Origin: Eledone cirrhosa
Lineage: Eukaryota
Assembly: GCA_964016885.1 (NCBI GenBank)
Contig: OZ024744.1
Coordinates: forward strand, 75,888,001-75,952,000
Direction of reading: 5' to 3'
Length of the DNA: 64,000 bases
Part shown: piece after piece, positions 1 through 13,374 of the stretch
How the letters are laid out: the number at the start of each line of letters is the position of its first letter
Numbering within the stretch: the stretch's first letter is position 1
Notes under the pieces: model-generated
What the model was told of the DNA's origin: nothing
Databases searched by the model: none
What the model saw: the letters and a program-made list of their open reading frames with translations, nothing else
Position numbers and translations under genes: made by a program

Positions 1-3000
1 TCAAGATAGTCAGCTACACGGACCACAAATTCGTGATCTGTGTGCTTGACTTAGATAGGCTTCATAGACGAGGACCCGGCTACTGGAAGCTAAACGCGTC
101 CTTACCAGCGCGCAAGGCCTACAGAGACCGGATTAGCGAACTAGTTAAGCGGGCGTTGACGGGGGCCATCGTCAACAACAAGTGGTGGTTTGCTCTGAAA
201 AGAGCAATTAGAATAGAGTCCATTAGGTTTAGTAAGACTTTAGCAATAGAGAAAAATAGAGCAGAGGGAGAATTAGTTAGAAAATTAGATGAGGCGCTTA
301 GCAAAGGCATCTCGACCGACGTACTTGCGGCGAAATTGGCCCTTGACCAATTCTTCAATGCAAGGCACGAAGGCTGCGTTGTCAGAGCTAGGGTGCGTGC
401 TCTCAGACACGAGGGGACGAAAGCCGTTCAATGGGCCCGAGTGGCGGAGGCGCGTCGTAGCAACAAAGCCACGATCCGGTCTTTGGTGGACCACGACGGG
501 CGCATGCTACTCGATCCCGGGCAAATGTGTGAAGCTTTTCAGCGACACTTCGCTCAACTGTTCGGGGGCAGTGGCGGGCCGGATCGAGGGATGGACTTTA
601 GTGTCTACCTCGACGGACTGCCGCGGCTTTCGGCCACTGAGGCGGAGTGTTGCGAAAAGCCGATAACAACCGCTGAAGTACGGGATGCAATGACTAGTTG
701 CACAAGGGGCAAATCGCCTGGTTTGGATGGTCTGCCCTATGAACTTTACGTACAAATGCCAAACTTGTTCGGAGGCCTCTTGGCGGACGTCTATTGCAAC
801 TGGCAACAGAACGGTAGAATTCCCAGCTCTGTGAGCCGAGGAGCGGTGGCGCTGCTGAGAAAGGATCCGAACAAGGGGGATAACATAGATAATTTTAGGC
901 CCATAACTCTGCTAAACACAGAGTTCAAGATTTTGGCCAAGGTGCTAGCAAAGAGGTTGGCGCTTGTCGTTGGTGGTCTGGTGGGAGAGGCACAGACATG
1001 CACCATTCCCGACAGATCCATCCAAGACAACCTCCACCTCATGCGATACATCGTAGAGAGGGTAGCTAGGGAACCTGGCACGGGTGGGTCTTTGATCAAT
1101 TTAGATCAGTCGAAAGCCTTCGATAGGGTCGACCATCGTTTCCTAGCGGCAGTCCTGAGGGCGGCTGGCTTTGGGCCCGTCTTCAGAGGCTGGATCGCTG
1201 CCATGCACAGCGACATCTGCTCTGTAGTGAGAGTGAACGGTCACCTTTCGGAACCGTTCAACATCATGCGCTCGGTCCGCCAAGGATGTCCCCTCTCGTC
1301 CCTATTGTACGTATTGACTCTCGAGCCATTACTGCACAAACTGGAGACGTTGAGGGGGGTCCCGCGCGAACTAGGATGCGGAAGATCCGTGTCAGCATAT
1401 GCCGACGATGTCACCGTAGTGGTGTCGAGCGCCAAACACATCGAGGCGATCGGCACTACACTAAGAGAATACGAAGCGGTGACAGGAGCAATGATCAACC
1501 AGGAAAAGTCAGTGGGCCTGCAGCTCGGCACCTGGAGAGGCAGGTCCATGCCGTCCAACAGTGTCGTCGGGCGCTGGACGGACGGACCGGTTAAATTGCT
1601 AGGGGTCTGGTTCGGTCCAGACCTCCAGACGGACAAAAACTGGGACGAGGTGACGAGCAGGGTGGCTTCTCTCACCCAGAAATGGGCCGAGAGGAAGCTA
1701 TCCCTGAAAGGTCGAGCGGAGGTGGCGAATGCGTACATCGCATCCGTCATCTACTACCGCCTGACCGTCGTACCTTGTCCTAAGCCCCGCCTGACTGCGC
1801 TGGAGCGTTTGCTCTTTCGCTTCTTGTGGAAGGGACGCGCTCCGATGGTCAGGCGGTCCATCTGCTGTCAACACCCGCTACGTGGAGGGCTGGGCATGCC
1901 GTGGCTGATGATGCGCAGACACGCGCTCAGGCTACGACATCTCCACCTCTTCCTCGACGGGGATCAGGTGTGGTCGCCGTTTGCAAGACACGTTTTATCC
2001 CAACTCGTCTCCTTGACGGAACTGCAGTCCTGGGTCAAGCGAAGACCGAGAGGGAGCGCTTGGAGACTGGAATGTCTTCAGGCGCTCACAGCCCTCGACC
2101 AATCGGGCAATGTGATCGGTGGAAACTCCACCTTGGCGTTCTATAGGGGATTAGTGGAGGGGAAGAGCGACGACGTACTTGGAGAAACTCTAGGCGTCGA
2201 CGAAAATCAACTAGCCAATCTCTTCGGAAGGACTTTCGGGCCGGGGCCTATGGACAACTTCCAGAAATCCCTGGCCTGGCAGTGCTACCGAGGAGCTTTG
2301 CCAGTTCGGGATAAACTCTACAGGCATGGAGGTGCCGTCAGCCGGGCATGTCCGAGATGCGCGCAGGGCGACGAAACCGTCCTGCACGCACTCGTCCAGT
2401 GTCCGAGCATTGCTGACTTGTGGGTTTATGTCGAACACCTGCTGTCACGTGTAGGACCTATCCAGCTATCAGCTGAGTCCATCGTGAGGATTGCCCCGCC
2501 CCCTTCCTTTTGCCTGGAAGGGCAGGCAGTTTTTTTCTGTCTGGTGGCCATGGCGAAAGAGATAGTATGGTGGACACGTTTGAAAGGGCTGAAGACGAGC
2601 ACTTACCTCTTCGGTGATGCCCTGATTAACTTTTTCAAATTTCATTTGAAAAGGAAAATCAGGGTAGAGAGGGAAGTGCTCTCTTCCCAGCATTTTGTTG
2701 AAAGATGGGTGAGAGAAGCAAGTATGGCCCGAATGAATGGGCCTTCTCTGAGTATGTGTCTGTAAATTAAAGGTGGAAAACTGGGAGAGGGCACTTGCCC
2801 TGGTGGTCAGGGCCACTGTGGTCTTTTAATGGGCTTTCTCCACAAATGTCCCTTGGAAGTCTCCCCCCTATTGGGGAATTTTTCTTTGTTATTTTATCTC
2901 AACCTCTGTTTTTTTACACGCAAAATGCCCATTTGTACCGTCCTGTATTGTCCTGTACTGTCCTTAATGTCTACTTTATGTGAACCCTTGTGGTTAATAA

Positions 3001-3006
3001 AGAAAA

Positions 3007-3061
<55 letters not shown>
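1..3061 (+). mobile_element. Tx1/L1-clade non-LTR retrotransposon copy 1 (5' part outside window), with 3' UTR, AATAAA and (TTA)n tail
   Basis: ORF with end of APE (DH, GPGYWKLN), RT motifs (KSPGLDGLP, FRPITLLNTEFKILAK, LDQSKAFDRVDH, VRQGCPLS, AYADD) and C-terminal CPRC..ETVLHALVQC; tail 3009-3061. Confidence 0.95.
33..2765 (+). CDS. Tx1-like ORF2 (APE end, reverse transcriptase, zf-RVT); uninterrupted in the window, true start upstream
   Basis: 910-aa open frame with canonical RT motifs. Confidence 0.93.
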   Translation: MICVLDLDRLHRRGPGYWKLNASLPARKAYRDRISELVKRALTGAIVNNKWWFALKRAIRIESIRFSKTLAIEKNRAEGELVRKLDEALSKGISTDVLAAKLALDQFFNARHEGCVVRARVRALRHEGTKAVQWARVAEARRSNKATIRSLVDHDGRMLLDPGQMCEAFQRHFAQLFGGSGGPDRGMDFSVYLDGLPRLSATEAECCEKPITTAEVRDAMTSCTRGKSPGLDGLPYELYVQMPNLFGGLLADVYCNWQQNGRIPSSVSRGAVALLRKDPNKGDNIDNFRPITLLNTEFKILAKVLAKRLALVVGGLVGEAQTCTIPDRSIQDNLHLMRYIVERVAREPGTGGSLINLDQSKAFDRVDHRFLAAVLRAAGFGPVFRGWIAAMHSDICSVVRVNGHLSEPFNIMRSVRQGCPLSSLLYVLTLEPLLHKLETLRGVPRELGCGRSVSAYADDVTVVVSSAKHIEAIGTTLREYEAVTGAMINQEKSVGLQLGTWRGRSMPSNSVVGRWTDGPVKLLGVWFGPDLQTDKNWDEVTSRVASLTQKWAERKLSLKGRAEVANAYIASVIYYRLTVVPCPKPRLTALERLLFRFLWKGRAPMVRRSICCQHPLRGGLGMPWLMMRRHALRLRHLHLFLDGDQVWSPFARHVLSQLVSLTELQSWVKRRPRGSAWRLECLQALTALDQSGNVIGGNSTLAFYRGLVEGKSDDVLGETLGVDENQLANLFGRTFGPGPMDNFQKSLAWQCYRGALPVRDKLYRHGGAVSRACPRCAQGDETVLHALVQCPSIADLWVYVEHLLSRVGPIQLSAESIVRIAPPPSFCLEGQAVFFCLVAMAKEIVWWTRLKGLKTSTYLFGDALINFFKFHLKRKIRVEREVLSSQHFVERWVREASMARMNGPSLSMCL

Positions 3062-3270
3062 GGCGACCTACGTAGTAAATCTTATCATCGTGAGCTCCGC
3101 AAAGGTTTGTTATTTCCGTTTGTTAAAAATTGCTATTTATGGAAATTTTTTATTGTTAACTATATATAAGCGCACATACATTGTTTTCCGAAAAGAACAC
3201 CCAAAAAGATTGGGGCCCTGTGCCCAAAATTTAAACTTTTATGATTAGCAAAACATTTCTTTTTTAAAAA

Positions 3271-5281
3271 ATGGCTAATTCACCACTGCACCAAGCAGCT
3301 GAAAGCCTTTCTCACAAATTAACACCTCACACCGACACCACCATTGCAAATGTTACTACGGTTGCCAACACAAAAAAAAATATAAGCACTAGCAATATTT
3401 TAAATTTGTCTCAGGCAGACATTCATTTCCCGCCATTACCAATGACTGCAGGTGTTAAAGCCTCTACCACCACCACCACCACCGCGACAACCACCACCAC
3501 CACCACCATAACCACCACCACCGCGACAACAGAAACAAAAGAAGAAAAAAATAAATTAACTCGTGATGTCGAAATGAAATCAAGCAAAATGGACTCTTCC
3601 CCACCAAAGACGACTGACGTCACCACCACCACAAATGAAACTAAAATTAATAATAACAAAAATAACGATAGCAACAACAACAACAATGACGTTAAAAAAA
3701 CCGCCCTCAGTTTTGCCAGAGTAGCAAAACAGTTCGAAGCATTTACGGTAACTCAGGAGGATTTAGAAAATGCCAAACAAATGGTAAAGAAAGATGGGTA
3801 CAGGGTCAGCCTCACCCCCCCCCCCCACCTAATAAAATGGAGCTTCGGCGCCTATGCACCGTGTCGTATCGAACAATAAATTTAAAATCCCGCCGAGTGG
3901 AACGGGCATCCGAATCCCAAATCCAAAAAGCTTTGGGACATGTGTGGGCAAGAAAAACCCACATCAGACGTGGGCAGAAATATGGAACCGTGGACGTGTT
4001 CTTTGAAACACCAGAGGAGGCTAGAGAACACTCCATGGCCCCATTAAGAAGTGACGACTTCACACTCGTCCCAAGCTATTGAGGCCAGCGACTCGTAAAG
4101 ATCAGGGTGACCCACGTTCCACAGGCCATCGAAATTCCCTGGCTAATAGCGGCCGTCCTCGCCGGCATCGAAGCCAACACAAAAATAATAGCAATAGCAA
4201 AAGAAAAGCAGGAGAACTGGTCCGGATCTGGGATGGAGCTCCTGATCCAAGGGGACCAAAAAAGCATTGAGGAGATCACAGAGGTAATAGACCTCACTGA
4301 CGGCAGCCACCTCACCGTAATTGTCGAGGGCAGAAGGCCTAGGTGTGTCGTTTGTGGTGAAGGAACCCACCTAAGGGCTTTCTGCCCTCAGGCTAAAAGG
4401 TTGAGGCCACCTCTCCTACCCACCCCAGTGACACAACCATCAACACCACCAGTAGCAGAGATGGCAGCAACAAATGTAGCAGCAACAACAGAAGCAACTA
4501 TAACGGCAACAACCCCAGCAACAGTAGCAAAACCAACACCACCACCTCCAGCAAAACCAACACCACCACCACCCAACGCTTCAGAACTAGCACCAGCGCC
4601 TACACCATCCACCACGCCACAACCAAAACTAACGCCTGTGGACGATTTTCCACTCCCCGGCCTATCACAACTGGAGACAGATTGTGACGACGAGGAGTGG
4701 GAAACGATATCCGGAAAAAAAAAGAAACCAAAAAAGAAAAAATTCTCTTCCTTCCCCCTCCAAAAACAAAATACAGAGAGAAACAAATAAATTAACAAAC
4801 AAAAAAAGTTAGGACAAATAAACCACCATCCACACCAGCATCACCAACCCCATCAACCCAAACACCAACACCATCACCATCATTAACCCCAACACCACCA
4901 TCACCTACACCACAAAAGTCACCAAAATGCGAAACAGAAACAAACCCACAACAAACGCAAACAAAACAAAACAACCAAAACGATACACACTACACAGCAT
5001 TAAATTTGAACAACAAGCAATTATTACACTACATCCAACACAACACCAGCATCACAGAAAAAGACTACACAGCCAACCAAAAATTCACACCACCTCCACA
5101 CATACAAATCACTCGCATCACACAGAAAACGTACATGACACTAAAAAAAAAATTCCCCAAAGACATCGGAGACTTCCGACAAGCACTCTCCAGGAGGATT
5201 TATAAGGACATCCTTCCTGAGGAGACCACAAGCAGTGAAAAGGATGGAAAAACCGTCCTTCCCCTACGAGAAGTAAGGTAA
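3271..5281 (+). pseudogene. Tx1 ORF1 type A (gag-like, CX2CX4HX4C knuckle, Pro/Thr-rich linker), frameshifted
   Basis: Fragments 3271-3879, 3837-4082, 4107-4790 (CVVCGEGTHLRAFC), 5006-5281. Confidence 0.85.
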
Positions 5282-5315
5282 GTGGTCTTTCCCATCTTTT
5301 CCACTCCTTTTCAAC

Positions 5316-8300
5316 ATGACCTCACTCAGAATAGGCAGCATAAATGCGCGTGGCTTGGGGTCGTCATGGAAGCAGGGCCACCTGCTCAACGACCTCAGAT
5401 CACTAAACATAGATGTAGTGGCCATCAGCGAGACCAGAATCTCCGAAACACGGGCTTTCGCACCGATCTTCGGCGGCTACGATGTGTACGCATCTCCCAG
5501 CCGTCCTGGATCGGGGGTGAGGAGTTGCTGTGCTTTTTCTGAGAGGTTTGGATCTTGCCATACGGGCCATCTTCCTGGACCCAGAAGATAAGTTGGTGGT
5601 GCTGGACGTGACCAGCGGAGACAGGAAAGCTTTCAGGTTAATGGCCGTCTATGCCCCGACAGGAGCAGGGCGGCCTGATTTCTTCCGGCGTCTGGAGACC
5701 TTTCTTGGAACGTCCCGCTCTTTAGTGTTAGTGGGCGACTGGAACGGGATCTTAGATGCACGCTGGGATTGTGTGGGATTAGTGGATAGAGAAGGAGGGT
5801 GCAAGAGTCTCACCAACCTGCTCAGGCGTTTTGAACTGTTTGACAGGATTTCCCGAATGTAATTAGCAAAGGCATCTCGACCGACGTACTTGCGGCGAAA
5901 TTGGCCCTTGACCAATTCTTCAATGCAAAGCACGAAGGCTGCGTTGTCAGAGCGAGGGTGCGTGCTCTCAGACACGAGGGGACGAAAGCCGTTCAATGGG
6001 CCCGAGTGGCGGAGGCGCGTCGGGGCAATAAAGCCACGATCCGGTCTTTGGTGGACCACGACGGGCGCATGCTACTCGATCCCGGGCAAATGTGTGAAGC
6101 TTTTCAGTGACACTTCGCTCAACTGTTCGGGGGCAGTGGCGGACCGGATCGAGGGATGGACTTTAGTGTCTACCTCGACGGACTGCCGCGGCTTTCGGCC
6201 ACTGAGGCGGAGTGTTGAGAAAAGCCGATAACAACCGCTGAAGTACGGGAGGCAATGACTGGCTGCACAAGGGGTAAATCGCCTGGTTTGGATGGTCTGC
6301 CCTATGAACTTTACGTACAAATGCCAGACTTGTTCGGAGGCCTCTTGGCGGACGTCTACTGCAACTGGCAACAGAACGGGAGAATTCCCAGCTCTGTGAG
6401 CCGAGGAGCGGTGGCGCTGCTGAGAAAGGATCCGAACAAGGGGGATAAAATAGATAATTTCAGGCCCATAACTCTGCTAAATACAGAGTTCAAGATTTTG
6501 GCCAAGGTGGTAGCAAAGAGGTTGGCGCTTGTCGTTGGTGGTCTGGTGGGAGAGGCACAGACATGCGCCATTCCCGACAGATCCATCCACGACAATCTCC
6601 ACCTCATACGATACATCGTAGAGAGGGTAGCTAGGGAACCTGGCACGGGTGGATCTTTGATCAATTTAGATCAGTCGAAAGCCTTCGATAGGGTCGACCA
6701 TCGTTACCTAGCGGCAGTCCTGAGGGCGGATGGCTTTGGGCCCGTCTTCAGAGGCTGGATCGCTGCCATGCACAGCGACGTCTGCTCTGTGGTAAGAGTG
6801 AACGGTCACCTTTCGGAACCGTTCAACATCATGCGCTCGGTCTGCCAAGGATGTCCCCTCTCGTCCCTATTGTACGTATTGACTCTCGAGCCATTACTGC
6901 ACAAACTGGAGACGTTGATGGGCGTCCCGCGCGAACTAGGATGCGGAAGATCCGTGTCAGCATATGCCGACGATGTCACCGTAGTGGTGTCGAACGCCAA
7001 ACACATCGAGGCGATCGGCACTACACTAAGAGAATAAGAAGCGGTGACAGGAGCAATGATCAACCAGGAAAAGTCAGTGGGCCTGCAGCTCGGCACCTGG
7101 AGAGGCAGGTCCATGCCGTCCAACAGCGTCGTCGGGCGCTGGACGGACGGACCGGTTAAATTGCTAGGGGTCTGGTTCGGTCCAGACCTCCAGACGGACA
7201 AAAACTGGGACGAGGTGACGAGTAGGGTGGCTTCTCTCACCCAGAAATGGGCTGAGAGGAAGCTATCCCTGAAAGGTCGAGCGGAGGTGGCGAATGCGTA
7301 CATCGCGTCCGTCATCTACTACCGCCTGACCATCGTACCTTGTCCTAAGCCCCGCCTGACTGCGCTGGAGCGTTTGCTCTTTCGCTTCTTGTGGAAGGGA
7401 CGCGCTCCGATGGTCAGGCGGTCCATCTGCTGTCAACACCCGCTACGTGGAGGGCTGGGCATGCCGTGGCTGATGATGCGCAGACACGCGCTCAGGCTAC
7501 GACATCTCCACCTCATCCTCGACGGTGATCAGGTGTGATCGCCGTTTGCTAGACACGTTTTTCCCCAGCTCGTCTCCTTGACGGAGCTGCAGTCCTGGGT
7601 CAAGCGAAGACCGAGATGGAGCGCTTGGAGACTGGAATGTCTTCAGGCGCTCACAGCCCTCGACCAATCGGGCAATGTGATCGGTGGAAACTCCACCTTG
7701 GCGTTCTATAGGGGATTAGTGGAGGGGAAGAGCGACGACGTACTTGGAGAAACTCTAGGCGTCGACGAAAATCAACTAGCCAATCTCTTCGGAAGGACTT
7801 TCGGGCCGGGGCCTATGGACAACTTCCAGAAATCCCTGGCCTGGCAGTGCTACCGGGGAGCTTTGCCAGTTCGGGATAAACTCTACAGGCATGGAGGTGG
7901 CGTCAGCCGGGCATGTCCGAGATGCGCGCAGGGCGACGAAACCGCCCTGCACGCACTCGTCCAGTGTCCGAGCATTGCTGACTTGTGGGTTTATGTCGAA
8001 CACCTGCTGTCACGTGTAGGACGGATCCAGCTATCAGCTGAGTCCATCATGAGGATTGTCCCACCCTCTTCCTTTAGCCGGGAAGGGCAGGCAGTTTTTA
8101 TCTCTCTGGTGGCCATGGCGAAAGAGATAGTATGGTGGACACGTTTGAAAGGGCTGAAGACGAGCACTTACCTCTTCGGTGATGCCCTGAATAACTTTTT
8201 CAAATTTTATTTGAAAAGGAAAATCAGGGTAGAGAGGGAAGTGCTCTCTTCCCAACATTTTGTTGAAAGATGGGTGAGAGAAGCAAGTATGGCCCGAATG

Positions 8301-8330
8301 AATGGGCCTTCTCTGAGTATGTGTCTGTAA
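5316..8330 (+). pseudogene. Tx1 ORF2 copy 2 with stops and a ~400-bp deletion
   Basis: MTSLRIGSINARGL APE start, SET, VYAP, GDWN motifs; RT broken by stop codons. Confidence 0.9.
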
Positions 8331-8571
8331 ATTAAAGGTGGAAAACTGGGAGAGGGCACTTGCCCTGGTGGTCAGGGTCACTGTGGTCTTTTAATGGGCT
8401 TTCTCCACAAATGTCCCTCGGAAGTCTCCCCACTATTGGGGAATTTTTCTTTGTTATTTTATTACATCCTCTGGTTTTTACACGCAGAAATGCCCATTTG
8501 TACCGTCCTGTATTGTCCTATACTGTCCTTAATGTCTACTTTATGTAAATCCTTGTGGTTAATAAAGAAAA

Positions 8572-8617
<46 letters not shown>

Positions 8618-8962
8618 GTTATTCCTTGAATCTCAGTCATTGATGTTGGTTAACTGGAAAGTCCGTTGGATTGAATATCAAGCCACTACCTGCAGCCTCA
8701 GATATTCAGGACGTATCGGAGGGTTCTTGCTGTTCCAAGCAAGCATGCCTTTTGAAGCGTTCCAAAAAGCGTGAAGGGGCCGATTTTCTTTAACCATCCA
8801 TGGAAACCTTTGGAGATAGTCCCCAGTGCGCCTATGACAATTGGGATCACTTTGACTTCATGGCAGTTCCAAATCCTTTTCACCTCCCACTTTAGGTCCT
8901 GGTATCGGTTAATTTTCTCCCTCTCCTTCTCTTGCACTCTCGTGTCGAACGGGCAGGCCACA
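8618..8962 (-). mobile_element. 5'-truncated R4/Dong-like retrotransposon (RLE C-terminus and 3' UTR) in (TTA)n
   Basis: ACPFDTRVQEKEREKINRYQDLKWEV...VIPIVIGALG; matches 38945-39290; flanked by (TTA)n. Confidence 0.88.
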
Positions 8963-9001
<39 letters not shown>

Positions 9002-10802
9002 TGTTTGTTTGTTTGTTTGTTTGTTTATTAGTTTGGTTGTCTATTTGTTCGTATCGTGGCACGTGTGTACAGATCACTCCGTACGTTTGTTGTTCATTCA
9101 CCTTGTTATAAAACTTTGTTTTTGTGTGGAAAATGTTGTCTCTTTATCTTTCTTGTTTTCTGGTTAAGCTGACAGGGATCCTGATGAACTAATCAGTTTT
9201 TTTCTATCTGTGGTCGTTATAGGGTAAATCTGCACATGTATTTCATATATACAGTCTTTTTTTTTTTAAAGCACGGCGGACGAAGAGGTGCCACCCACAG
9301 AAAGACACAGCCGACTGTCTGTAAAATAGAACAGCCAAAGTTCAAACACTACAGAAAACAAAAGCAACAGTGACTACAAAGCACATAAATCAAGTGCAAA
9401 AATGTTTTCCTAGGATTTAAAAAACTTGATAACTTCGCTGCCATTACTATCACCAGATCAACAACAAACAACGCAATGATAAGAACAATAACAACAGCAA
9501 AAACGGTAACAACAACAATACATTTGCATCAAGTCCAAAGAGCTGGAGCTGACACTACAATCCCACGTGGAGAAAGCTCTGACGAGCTCGATGTCAGACA
9601 TACAACACGTTGCAAATGCCATGCAGTCTAACATTTCATTTCTCTTCAAAAGCAAGAGCCTTGAAATGAAATACTCTGTAGTCCCCTATAACCCGGGCCA
9701 ATTCATAATATGTCCCTCTTAGATGGGAAGAAGAACAGTGAGTGTCCGAGTAGCTGGGATACCGCCAGAATCAGACATCTAGTGGATCATAACTAGCATC
9801 GCCCTTGAGCGCACTAAAACCCTTCTGGAAGTAAAGTGGACTCGGAAGGAGAACAACATGTAACAACATGAAACAACGCCCACCGCAGAAAACACCATAC
9901 ACACACTCATACCAACACAAACACACCGGCAACAACACCTACTCCACTATCAGTCCAGCTGGCAATACAACACCATCAGTAGCACCATCAACTCTACCAA
10001 AACCACAAATAACCACGACAGAATGAAATCATACGGACACACAACAGCAAACAAACGCGAAAGCACCCAACTTCGTGTTACTGAGGAAGGCAAACCAAGA
10101 AATAATGTTCTTCATAACACGAAGTGCAGATATCGTGAAAGAGGGAGAACTCTTTGAAACCAGAACACATAAAGTACCAGAAATACTAATCATGGTCCAC
10201 ATGTACACGAAAAATAAAAAAAAACATTACTGAGAGTTTCCCATACAACGTAGGGGTCCCTAACGTAAAAGCCACTTCTAGACTTTTAAAGGGGTTCTCA
10301 AAAGAACCCCAACCAGACATGGAGGTCGAGCCAACCGATCTCAAAGAGTGATGGGCAGGTAAGTAACCAATATATATTTCCTTGTCTATCCAACCAGCAT
10401 GACAATTCTAAAAGTGAGGTGGGTTTGTTCTGAAAGCATGGTCACTTACTCAATGATCTCAGGTGAATTGTTATGGATTTGACAGGCGTCAGCGAGACAG
10501 AGATATCTGACGCGTGCTCCATCTTCCATTCTTGACGAACCCATGCATCTTTTAGTCGACCTGGAATGGGAGGCGGGGTAGCAGTACTTTTTAGGAAAGG
10601 CCTGGATCTCGAAGTATGGACGATCTTCTTGAACCCGTGCGGTAAGTTGGTGGTCCTGTATGTGAGTAATGGTGAAGGAACTGCTTTTAGTTTGATGCTC
10701 ATCTGGGGATGGACGGCCGGATTTATTTAAGCGTCTGGAAGCCTTTCCCGGAACGTCGCGCCCGTTACAGTTAGTGTGGGGCTGGAATGGCATCTTGGAC
10801 GT

Positions 10803-11265
10803 ATGCTGGTTGGATAAAAAGAGTAAATATATATGGGATTCCTACCTGCCTGTCGCTCTTTGAGATCGGGTGGCTCGACCTCCATGCCTGGTTAGGGTTC
10901 TTTTGAGAACCCCTGTAAAAACCTAGAGGTGGCTTTTACGTTAGGAACCCCTACGTTCTATGAGAAGCTCTCAGTAATGTTGTTTTTTTTCGTGTACATG
11001 CGGACCATGATTAGTATTTCTGGTACTTTATGTGTTCTGGTTTCAAAGAGTTCTCCCTCTTTCACGATATCTGCACTTCGTGTTATGAAGAACATTATTT
11101 CTTGGTTTGCCTTCCTCAGTAACACGAAATTGGGTGTTTTCGCGTTTGTTTGCTGTTGTGTGCCCGTATGCTTTCATTCTGTCGTGGTTATTTGTGGTTT
11201 TGGTAGAGTTGATGGTGGTACTGATGGTGTTGTATTGCCAGCTGGACTGATAGTGGCGTTGGAGT
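10803..11265 (-). repeat. Inverted diverged copy of ~9938-10400 inside the APE region
   Basis: Reverse complement matches the ORF1 end and inter-ORF spacer. Confidence 0.85.
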
Positions 11266-11743
11266 AACTAGATTTCCCGAATACACCAGTGTGAAACTGT
11301 ACCAATCGCATTAGCTCATCCAGATCATATTTAGACAGGTTGTTCATTAGGTTAAGGAGTTTGAACAAGATACGATGTCCTCGCATGCAGATCACGAATT
11401 TGTAATCTGAATAGGCGACCGTTTGTGATCTAGGTTGAATATGTAGACAGGGACCTGGTTACTGGAGGCTTAACACGTCGTTCCCGGTGCGTAAAGCCTA
11501 CAACCAATTGACAGGGGTTATAGCCAACAACAGGTTGTGGGTCGCTGTGAAGAGTGTAATTAGCGTAGAATCAATAGCATTTAGTACATAATTAGAGTAG
11601 GAGAACATAGACCAGAGGTGTAGTTAGTAACTAAATTAGAAGAGGCGATTAGGGATGTCATTGCAATCAACGTTCTAACGGTGAGAATGGTACTTGAACA
11701 TGAAACGTGAAACACAAAGCTTGCATTGTCAAAGCTAAGAAAC

Positions 11744-11859
<116 letters not shown>

Positions 11860-13128
11860 AAAAGCTGTTTGATGAGCACGATTGGAAGAGGTGCAGCATG
11901 GAAACAAAGTCATAATACGGTCTTTGATAAACTGAGAGGAGCGTGGGCTGCTCCATGTGTGCGGTTTTTCAACGACACTTTACGCGACTATTCAGAGCGA
12001 GCGGGAGGTGGGGTCGGAAATAGTAGTATACTACAGTAACTGACACGATGGCCAGCCGTATTTCTGGGCAACTGATGCGGAGGACTATGAGACACCGATA
12101 ACAGTAGCTGAGATACGGGAACCCCTGGCAGACTGTACGAGGCCCAAATCACCCGGTTTTGATGGCCTATCCTACGAACTTTTCGAAGACATATAAACCG
12201 TGTTCGATGTTCCAGGAGAACGGGAGAATTTCCAGTTCTGTAAGCCGGAGCGTTGTTACTCTGATGAGGAAAGAGGCAAACAAGTGGGGCGTTATGAATC
12301 ATTCATTACGCATAACTGCTCAACACAGAGATTTTAGCCGAGGTGTTAGAAACGAGGTTGTTGCTTGTCATCAAATATCTGGTAGGAGAAGCGCAAACTT
12401 GCGCAATCCCAAAGAGGTTAATGTACGATGCGCTCCACTTCATGCGATACATCATACAGAAGGTAGGGAGCAAACCTGGCTTCGGTGGTGTTATGATCAA
12501 TTCAGAACAATCTAAAACTTTCGATAAGGTCGATCATTTACATGGTACCTGTCCTCAAGGCAGCCGGCTTCGGTCCTGTCTTCAGCAGCTAAATTGCTAC
12601 AATGCACAGCAGTATATGTTGTTTGTTGTTACTGTTGCTATAATTGTTGTTGTTGTTGAAGTGGCATGTTAGCTGGCTTGAATGTTTATTCAGCTGCACT
12701 TTTTTCTCTTTGCTTAGCTCTGCCACGCGTCAGAGTCACTCCCTGCCATTTCGGATGCTTTCCGGTCGTTCCTGAAATTTTCCTCATTCGAAGAGAGTAG
12801 AGGATATTGAGGTTATGTCCATGTCTCCAGGCATTTGTCTAGCTTTTGTTGTTGGTTTGAATACATCTTTATGAACTGTATGTCTATTGTAAAACTTTGT
12901 GTCTGCTACAGTAACAACAGTACCAACAACAAAGGCATAAAAAAAGAGAGAGAGAAAAAAAAAAACTCCTCAACTTTACCAATTTTCTAACAATACCCAA
13001 ATGAAACATTTACTAAATACTAGATTTTTTTCAACACGCTGACGCATATGTGTATATGTGTGTGCGTGTGTGTGTGTAGATTGTACACACAAGTGTAGTG
13101 AATGTTAGATACTGTTTTCCGTAGCTTG

Positions 13129-13240
13129 TCATCACCCCTTCCTTCCTCAGTAATCTCTAGTGCGTGACGTAATCACCCCTTCCTTTCTCAGTCATCTCTA
13201 GTGAGTGACGTCATCACCCCTTCCTTCCTCAGTAATCTTT
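13129..13240. repeat. ~41-bp tandem repeat, about 3 copies
   Basis: ATCACCCCTTCCTTcCTCAGTaATCTcTAGTG repeated. Confidence 0.85.
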
Positions 13241-13374
13241 CGTGTGGCAGTAGGATGGACGAAAGTCGCTTAAATATATATAGAGATTGTTAAGAAATTC
13301 AACTAAGATATAAAAATGAGTATGGAATTAAACAAATGTACTAAATCTATAATAACAAGAAGCTGAGAATATTA

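Larger units (their letters stand above)
3062..8617 (+). mobile_element. Tx1-like copy 2 (ORF1 type A), near full length, internal deletion at ~5860, (TTA)n tail
   Basis: Starts GGCGACCTAC right after the copy 1 tail (same start at 48568); ORF2 nearly identical to copy 1. Confidence 0.93.

Noticed and set aside
507-2816. Antisense and alternate-frame ORFs recurring in Tx1 copies
   Set aside because: Recurrence follows from copy identity; no independent motifs
9178-9200. CTGATGA matches at 9181, 12261, 18755, 25272 and 31903
   Set aside because: No stem II/GAAA/NUH/stem I could be built
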